This document shows, piece after piece, positions 55,343 to 64,000 of a stretch of 64,000 nucleotides of DNA. A program made the position numbers and the translations under genes. Below the pieces are notes generated by a model. The model had not been told where the DNA came from and did not search any database. It saw only the letters and a list, made by a program, of their open reading frames with translations. How positions within the stretch are numbered: position 1 is the first letter of the stretch; every line of letters starts with the position of its first letter. Origin of the DNA: Octopus vulgaris (taxonomy: Eukaryota); NCBI GenBank assembly GCA_951406725.2, contig OX597817.1, positions 161,076,001 to 161,140,000 of the forward strand, given 5' to 3'.

Positions 55343-55483
55343 GATTTTATACTGAAATTTGTTCATTGCATGCTAAAGACCGTTAGTTGAAAGGACCAAT
55401 GAAACAAAACCATTTTCAAATGTGTATCCATTAAACTAATTGTATATGTTTGCTTATAACCTTATCTCTATTCCATTCTAAAC

Positions 55484-55529
55484 AAAACTGTCTGACGAAC
55501 GGGAACGTGAAACTCTGAGCAACAGTTTT
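55484..55529 (+). ncRNA. Minimal hammerhead with mutated cleavage triplet (GCA)
   Basis: AAAACTGT CTGACGA ACG GGAA CGT GAAA CTCTGAG CA ACAGTTTT; AATAAA ~25 nt downstream. Confidence 0.78.
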
Positions 55530-55646
55530 TGTGATATATTTTTGCTACTTTTCAATAAAGCATATTACTCTACCTCTGGTATTCGAGTACTATTCTTCCC
55601 CACTTTGTTTCGCATTTATGTGCTTACTCCGGTATGTATGTATGTA

Positions 55647-55687
<41 letters not shown>

Positions 55688-55881
55688 ATATGTATATATA
55701 TGTGTGTATGTACATATATATGTGTGTGTTTATATATATATATATATATGTATATATATGTATAGATATATATGTGTATATATATATATATATGTATAGA
55801 TATATGTGTATGTATATTATATGTATATATATATATATGTATGTATAGATATATATATATGTGTGTGTGTATGTATGTGTA

Positions 55882-55917
<36 letters not shown>

Positions 55918-56559
55918 CATACATACATACATACATACATACATGTACCTAAGTATTCTAAAACTAATATGAAGAAGTACTCACTGTTTATTCAACAGTT
56001 TCATTAAATGGTTTATTATAGATACACTTAAAACATCTTAAGAGTACCCAAAATGGAACAGGCCACTTTGGTACCCTTAAGATGTTTTAAGAATAACAAT
56101 CATATTTTGTCATAGCAAAACATAGAATGCTTAACGTAAGAAAAGCCACGAAGCTTACTCCAGGAAAGTTGATTTAAGTGCAGTTTTTTCGTGTTTTTTT
56201 TTGCTGTCCCCCCCCCCTTTTTTTTTAAACATCCTTTATCATTGGTTAATATTGGTTTTCGAATATTTATTTTCGCTGGAGTTTATGTATTTTTGGCCTA
56301 ATCGATAATCTGACTTTGCTGTATGATAGCGACCTTAAGTGATTTTTGCAATTTTGTTCAATAGAAGTATATATTTGTCTGGTATGAACAACATTGAAGT
56401 CGGCTGCAGTCGGCTTTGGAGCAATATTTTCCACAGGGTCAATATTACTCACGAATATCTGGCAAAGAAAAATTCTAGATAGAGTCTGATAGTTTTCGAG
56501 AAAATTCAATATAACAGAATTTTCCATATATGAAGCTAAGAGCAAGTTTATGAGTTAAG

Positions 56560-57190
56560 AAGGGTGTATTAGTAGAAACTGTCATTATTAAATCTTAACT
56601 CGACCACTTTCTTTTTTCTTTTAATGGAACGTGAATGAATTGGATGCTTAAATTGTAGTAATGCAGAGTAATACGCCAGCATTACAGTATTTGAACTTCA
56701 GAAGAGGAGAAAAGAGCCAAAATGAAAGAAAGGGCCAAACCTGCTATCTTCAATGTAGTTTACCTTCCTATCTTCACCTATGGTCATGAATGTTGGGTAA
56801 TGACCGAAATAGTACGATCGCAAATACGAGCGGCCGAAATGAGGTTCTCCGTGAGATTTCTGCAGTAACGTTACTCGGAGATGAAGTTTCCCCAGTTGAA
56901 TCCACTGCTTATGTGCACTGAGAGGTTACAACCCCAGTACTACAGACGTATGATTTGAATGTCACAGGAAAGAATGGGCAGATTCTTCAAGTCGAGCCAA
57001 CCAGCAGGAGATTCTAAGGTGAAGCACGAACGAGATGGTTGTATAATATCTTGGTTAATCAGGCTTCGGAAAGTGTATTGACGGTTGCTTCTGATTGGGC
57101 CTATGGAGAGGTGCTTGAGGACTCTACTCCTACGTCTTTCTCAGAAGTAGTGGGCAGAGGTATAAATGGATAGCCGGAATGTGGTGTGTA
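56560..57190 (+). mobile_element. Degenerate RTE-group LINE 3' remnant
   Basis: AKPAIFNVVYLPIFTYGHECWVMTEIVRSQIRAAEMRF and GEARTRW motifs. Confidence 0.8.
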
Positions 57191-57250
57191 TGAGATTTCA
57201 CTGAAGATTCTTCACCTCACGCAGTGCATGAATTATTCTTCGTTGCGTTA

Positions 57251-57478
57251 AAGGCGGCGAGCTGGCAGAAACGTTAGCACGCCGAGCGAAATGCTTAGCA
57301 GAATTTCGTCTGCCGTTACGTTCTGAGTTCAAATTCCGCCGAGGTCGACGTTGCCTTTCATCCTTTCGGGGTCGATAAATTAAGTACCAGTTACGCACTG
57401 GGGTCGATGTAATCGACTTAATCCCTTTGTCCTTGTTTGTCCCTTTATGTTTAGCCCCTTGTGGGCAATAAAGAAATA
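57251..57478 (+). mobile_element. SINE family C
   Basis: Full-length copy with CpGs retained. Confidence 0.88.
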
Positions 57479-58819
57479 AATATTTCGTACCTGTGCTACG
57501 CGTGGCTTAGTGGTTAGGGCATTCTGTTCATGTTCGTAAGTTCATTGTCATTGAACAAGGCACTGTTTCACGTTATTCCACTCCATTTTACAATTCAAAA
57601 ATGAGTTGTACTTGTTATTCAAAGGGCCGGCCTTGTCATATTCTGTGTCACGCTGAATCATCCCGAGAACTACGTTAATGGTATGTGTGTCTGTGGAGTG
57701 CTCAGCCACTTGCATGTTAATTTCATGAGCAGGCTGCTCCTTTGATCGGATTAGCTGGAACTCTCCCCGTTGTAACCGAAGGAGTGTTAGTATTTCGTAC
57801 CCAGGAGTATTGTAACATCCCAGGCCTCATTATATTGTTTTGTTTCCTTACCAGCCTGACAGTGTACTGAACTACCAGGTTCATTGAATTAGCGTGTAAG
57901 CGGTTGAGTATTCCACTGACACGTGTACCCTTTATATAATTCTCATATGCGATCATTATAATTATAACAGTGTTCGACAAGGCTGGACCTCTGAATATAG
58001 GAGCAAGCCATCCGATGGGCTTCTACATAGTTTCCGTTTACCCAGTTTCACCCACAAGGTATATAAGTCGATCTGAAAAATTAGAAAAAGATATTCGCCT
58101 GAGATACCAGGTGGCGAGGTCGAACTCGAGATTTCATGATTGCGAAGCGAACTTCTTAACCATTCGGCCATACTGCGCCTACAACACGTTAAAAATGAAG
58201 ACCCTCATGGTAGGCAAAGGATGGGAATATGTGATAATACACTTACTGCGTATATGGTGTTGAAAAATTAATCATTTTTTTTTCTTGGTATTCTGTTGTT
58301 GAATAGTGAAAGTCATTTTTGAAAAAAAAAAAATGTCACAATCAACTCTGTCAAAACTTTTGGCAAGATTTCAAATTTTGGCACAATGCCTGTAAGTTCA
58401 ATGAAGGGTATTAATCGATTACCTCAACCCCCAGTGCTCAACTGGTATTTATTTTATCGACTCCGAAAGGATGAAAGGCAAACTCAGAACGTAAAGACGA
58501 ACGAAATGTTGTGAAGCACTTTGCCTGATGTGCAAAGGGTTCTGCCAGCTTGCCGCCTTACTTTTCACGAAATATTAGTATAAATACATACAAGACTTGT
58601 CAAATGAAACTTTGATATCTCGCCCTAAGTTTAAAATCCATGTGTAATACCCTATTTGAAGTGTGTCTCGATTAGGAACCTATTTCGTCTCGAGTGCTGA
58701 ATTGCCCCCCCCCAAAAAAAAAACAACAGTTTTGAGTTCAAATCCCTCTTTTGCCTTTCATCCATCCAAGGTCGATAAAATAAACAACCAGTACTAGGGT
58801 AGATGGTATCGACTAATCT

Positions 58820-59048
58820 AAGGCGGCGAGCTGGCAGAAACGTTAGCACGCCAGGCGAGATGCTTAGCGGTATTTCGTCTGCCGTTACGTTCTGGGTTCA
58901 AATTCCGTCGAGGTCGACTCTGCCTTTCATCCTTTCGGGGTCGATAAATTAAGTACCAGTTACGCACTAGGGTCGATGTAATCGACTTAATCCGTTTGTC
59001 CTTGTTTGTCCTCTCTGTGTTTAGCCCCTTGTGGGTAGTAAAGAAATA
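58820..59048 (+). mobile_element. SINE family C, inserted into an older C-like copy
   Basis: TSD GGTATCGACTAATCT. Confidence 0.9.
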
Positions 59049-59483
59049 GGTATCGACTAATCTCCTCTCTACGAAGCTACTGGCATGGCTCTATAATTAG
59101 AAGCAATTACACGCACTCGTAATTTTAATCTCGATTTTGGTGGGGAAATAATAATAACTGAATAAACACAAAACAGCGAATTATATATACATGGTGTTTT
59201 ACGCTATGTTCGACAGCTTCTCCCAGCACCATGTTGTGTAGTATCGAGGAAGTTATTGTTACCAAAGTAATTAAGTTTCACAAGTTGGTGTCTACTTACA
59301 CCTACCTACCTATCTGATTTCATTTCCTTCTCTGCCTGCAATTATAATCGAACCCCACCTCCTTTCACTCACAATTTACACCTAACATTCCATGTAACAA
59401 CTAACACCTAGCGACTAATTACCCTTCCCTCAAACCTTTTCAAATTCTTACGCAAAACACAAACACCTTCTTAAACACATACA

Positions 59484-59553
<70 letters not shown>

Positions 59554-61347
59554 TTTACACCATTTCACATGTCGTCTTCTTTGCACGTACAAATTTTGTC
59601 ACTTCGTCTTCCACTGTTTACGAAGGTAGACACGAGTTTTTAAAGAAGAGCGGAAACGGGACATTGTGACGTTAATATCTCACTAACGGCATACGTGGGG
59701 GTGAAGAAGGTTATACTACGGAATCGAAACCGGATGGCAGGCTCGGTTGGCTTACAGTATCTATCTTTCTGTACGGTATAACATTGACTAAAAAACACAA
59801 AAAAATCTGTGTATAACGTGCATCCTTTTCCCATTCGGTTATATAATAATAAGATTTGACCCAATGGTAATTTAAAATTTTTACAAAATGACAACAAGAG
59901 GATGTTTTGTTACACGTGTGGTCTGTTTTTGAACGTTGTTATTTTGTGCATTCCAGCTTCACTAGTTTCTGAAATATCACAGTAAATAGAAATTGAAGCG
60001 ATAGTAGGATAGAAGGAAATACTTCCGCCTTGAGTAAATTGCTGATCAGTGCTGGATTTAGTTATAACCAGAACAAGCTAGAGTTTAGAGCAATACAAAC
60101 TAACAAATACTATTGCAAATGCGAATAGTTTTAATGAAACTATTTGTAAAGCATTCTTGTGTAATTTTTAGCTCGAGGCCTGCAAGTTTTATGTGACCGA
60201 GCTTCACCAAAACTAAATCTGGCACTCTTTCTGATCTTTCATAAAACATAAGCAAAGCTCAGATTTGGTTACTGCTTACGTATTTAGGTGGAGTCCTTCT
60301 AAAATCGTAGGTCGCATCATAACAACAAGAAAACCACTGTGTATATTAAATCATTATCTTGTCTATATATACTGGAAGGAAATTTGATCGGTTGCACATT
60401 TTCCCACCAAACGTGTGATCTTGTGCCGCTTGTGTTAGAAACCATCATTGATCTTATTGCATCACCGAAAACTGGGTGTTGAATTCGTACATCTCACATT
60501 CTTGAAGTAACATCCTTTAATACTTCTAATATTTTTCCAAGACTTCCTTTAAGTGTAGTTTGATATATATTAGGAATAAAAGAAACAATTGCAGGAAAAT
60601 TTTAATATAGGAAAATTTTAATGTCGCATTAAAAAACTTAAAGTTTTTTTTCTAAAATATAGAGTATACTGTCCTATTATTGGCGGGATCGAAAGTGAAA
60701 GCACTCCAACTAATGAGAAGAGACAAATATTATTTAAAATACACTTGATTTAAATGCGAACAATTATACGCTTCATGCTTCTTGTGTTTTGAGCCTAAAT
60801 GATTACCTGATAGTTCACACTATACAAGCTAGTTCGACTATTGTATTGTCAAAAGCACGAAATTTAGTCTAGCTTGTTGTTTCTTTTGTTTTCCATTTGT
60901 TTCTTTCGTTGTTCTCAAAAAATGGTTCATATTCCATGTCCTCGTACTTCGTATTTTTTGTTGTTTGCGTATTGTGACGTCCTGTGCCCACATATGCATA
61001 TGAATATACGTACACATGTAAGTATGTACGTATACGTATGTATATATGCATATATATATATATATATATCACTGTAATGGCAAGACTATCGGATGTTTTT
61101 TATGCACTTTTAGCCACCATTCCCCGCATTGTTGTAGCTTTCGAATGATACTACCTCGCTGGCTAGGTGGGCAGCCCCACATTCTCCCTGAACAGAACGC
61201 AAGTCCGTCGCAGGTTAGCCATTTACAGGTGAGTGAACACAAGGCACTACCACTCTTGGAAATGGAAACCACGATCGTCAGATCATGAGTGTAGTACTCT
61301 AACCACCAGGTCACTCGCCTACACACACACACATTGGGCATTATAAT

Positions 61348-61678
61348 TTGTAGGAGCACTCCGTCGGTTACGACGACGAGGGTCCCAGCTGATACGATCA
61401 ACGGAACAGCCTGCTCATGAAATTAACGTGCAAGTGGCTGAGCACTCCACAAACACGTGTACCCTTAACATAGTTCTCGGGGAGATTCAGCGTGACACAC
61501 AGTGTGACAAGGCCGGCCCTTTGAAATACAGGTACAACTCATTTTTGCCAGCTGAGTGGACTGGAACAACATGAAATAAAGTGTCTTGCTCAAGGACACA
61601 ACGCGTCGCTTGGAATCGAACTCACGACCTTACAATCGTGAGCCGAATGCCCTAACCACTAAGCCACGCTCCTTCACA
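61348..61678 (-). mobile_element. SINE family E
   Basis: TSD GGGCATTATAAT. Confidence 0.9.
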
Positions 61679-61788
61679 GGGCATTATAATATGTGTGTGT
61701 ATTCCTCCACTTGTTGGGATGTATGTGTGTATACACAAGAGAAGGTATAAACAGTGGTCATTACATATTTGTTTATTGTAGTGAATCT

Positions 61789-61910
61789 GCCTTACAGCTG
61801 TTTCCAGTAATCATTATTGGTTCGTTATTGATAGCTTTACTCTATAGGCCCCATTGATCGGTTGAAAAATAATGAACGACCTCGAGAGTTAATGGTACTT
61901 TCGTCAGTAA
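61789..61910 (-). ncRNA. Hammerhead-like motif with ~95-nt stem II; core intact, stem I unpaired
   Basis: CTGACGA AAGTACCATTA...TAATGATTACTG GAAA CAGCTG TA; abuts (TA)n; AATAAA downstream. Confidence 0.62.
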
Positions 61911-61915
61911 TATAC

Positions 61916-61964
<49 letters not shown>

Positions 61965-63167
61965 GCACGTACATAATTTAATCTAATTGATTGTCATTTA
62001 TTTTGTGTTAAATGCTTGTGTTGTGTGTGTATCAGTCTCTCTAGATAATTACTTTTCATTTATATTTTGTATGGTAAGTGAATGTGAAGAAGAGTTTGTG
62101 TTAGTGTCATTGACTATAATTAATTACATTATAAGCGTAGTGTGTGTGTGAGGGGGGAGAAAGAGAGAAGAAATGTGTACGTGAAACTGAGTTAGTGTGC
62201 AAGTGTATTTATAATTGAATGTTATTTAATTTATTATCAGCTTGTGTGCGCAAACTACTTTTTTTAATGAATCTACTTTATTGATTGAGTAGTTTAGATA
62301 TGTGTGCCTATATATAGACTGTACAAAAATATAAGTTCTTACATGCGTAAGTTGGATATATCTGCTGTTTATCGTACCGAAGGGTTTGAAGCGATTTAAT
62401 GATTTTAGTCAACCGTATTCGTCAGTGAGACGCTACAGCATTTTAGCCTCGATGATGAAGAAGTGAAGTGCACGAAACCTTCGGTATGGTTAAACTATAC
62501 TGTTTACCAACATACGTGCGTGTGAAAGAGAGAGAGAAAGAGAGAGTAAACACTTGCAAAGGAATATAAAATTTGCACACATTACAAATTTCTGCACTTC
62601 GCCCACGGCAAAGAATTAGCTCAAGGTCTGAAATTTGAGAGATGGCTTGTCGATGCCATCGACTCCAGAACTTAGTCATTATTTTATATTATTGACCCTG
62701 AAAGGATGAAAGGCGCGGTTGTCCTCGGCGGGTTTTGAACTCAGAACGTAGAGCGTTGGTAAAAAATATCGCAAAGGATTTTGCCCGAACGATTATGCCT
62801 ATCCATCATCTTTGAAACTGATTCAAATTCAGGCACCAAGCTAGTAAATTTGAGGTGAGGAGGTTAGTCGATGAAATCAAGCCCAGTGTATAGCTGGTAC
62901 TTTATTTTATTGAGCCTGAAAAGATGAAAGTATAGTTATCGGTAGGAATTTGAAATCAGAACTGGATCAAATACCGTAAGGTATGATGTCCGACTCTAAC
63001 GATTCCGCCAATTTACTCCTTTTTCTGCCTGATACAAGTACGAGGTTAGCTTTTAACCTTTATCTAGTTTCCACTCCTTTAACTCATCTCTCCCCTTTCT
63101 CTCTCTCTGCCCCTTTTAGATATATATAGCAACATGCGGACATTATTTCAGAATCTAATGACAGCAG

Positions 63168-63584
63168 AAGGCGGCGAGCTGGCAGAAACGTTAGCATGCC
63201 GGGCGAAATGCTTAGCAGTATTTCGTCTGCCGCTACGTTCTGAGTTCAAATTCCGCCGAGGTCGACTTTGCCTTTCATCCATTCGGGGTCGATAAATTAA
63301 GTACCAGTTACGCACTGGGGTCGATGTAATCGACTTAATACCTATGTCTGTCCTTGTTTGTCCCCTCTGTGTTTAGCCCCTTGTGGGTAATAAAGAAATA
63401 GGTATTTCGTCTGCCCCTACGTTCTGAGTTCAAATTCCGCCGAGGTCGACTTTGCCTTTCATTCATTCGGGGTCGATAAATTAAGTACCAGTTACGCACT
63501 GGGGTCGTTGTAATCGACTTAAGCAGTTTGTCTGTCCTTGTTTGTCCCCTCTGTGTTTAGCCCCTTGTGGGCAATAAAGAAATA
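63168..63584 (+). mobile_element. SINE family C dimer
   Basis: Junction AAAGAAATA|GGTATTTCGTCTG at 63400/63401. Confidence 0.88.
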
Positions 63585-63970
63585 AGAATCATTACCGGAA
63601 TCATTATAAGATGCTTAGCGACATTTCTTTTGGCTGTGAACTCAAATGTCGCCATTCTTTCGGATTCGTTAAAATAAATACAGATGAGCACCGGGATTGA
63701 TATAATCGACTGCCCCTGCCCTCAAAACTGCTTCCCTTGTACTAGAATCATTACAAAAAAGTGGCCTGACTGTGACTCGCGAACCGCATGCCGTCCTCAG
63801 AGCTATGTGTGGGTTTCGAGTTAATAATGGATACAACTTTAACTGCCTACCAACCGGTTTTTAAAGTAATAACTGCAAAATGAAGACTATTAAAACTTTC
63901 AACGGACAGAAATTATTTTACCATAATGAATAAAATTATGTGACGATATTATTGTCTTATAACTATAATT

Positions 63971-64000
63971 GGATCTTTTCGGTTTGAACGGCAGTTTTTT
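63971..64000. mobile_element. Start (TIR) of a second copy of the 50794-51210 DNA transposon
   Basis: Identical 30-bp TIR at the window end. Confidence 0.85.

Noticed and set aside
59679-59745. HHR-like GAAACCGGATGGCA with upstream CTAACGG/GTGAAGA
   Set aside because: Too many core mismatches to support.

Overview
Repeat-dominated, AT-rich animal genomic DNA, most likely octopus (coleoid cephalopod). This is inferred from the tRNA-derived SINE families and the extreme microsatellite load, not confirmed by any search. One host exon is recognisable: the first coding exon of an ASAP-family ArfGAP (30389-30514, + strand). No second exon was found, so the remaining ~33 kb appears to be its intron. 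The rest is layered transposon debris: several SINE families (many with target-site duplications, TSDs), CR1, RTE and Tx1 LINE remnants, Penelope-like RT and GIY-YIG remnants, and piggyBac-, hAT- and 8-bp-TSD MITEs. Most ORFs in the supplied track are microsatellite or SINE artefacts. The most notable hidden signal is about 15 minimal hammerhead ribozyme (HHR) motifs from several small non-coding, Penelope-derived element families, most lying in or beside (TA)n tracts. One family has a conserved non-canonical core (CUGUCGAA) with stem covariation. Motifs with intact cores are all on the minus strand, while + strand copies each carry a lesion. All structures were folded by eye; coordinates of degenerate repeats are approximate.
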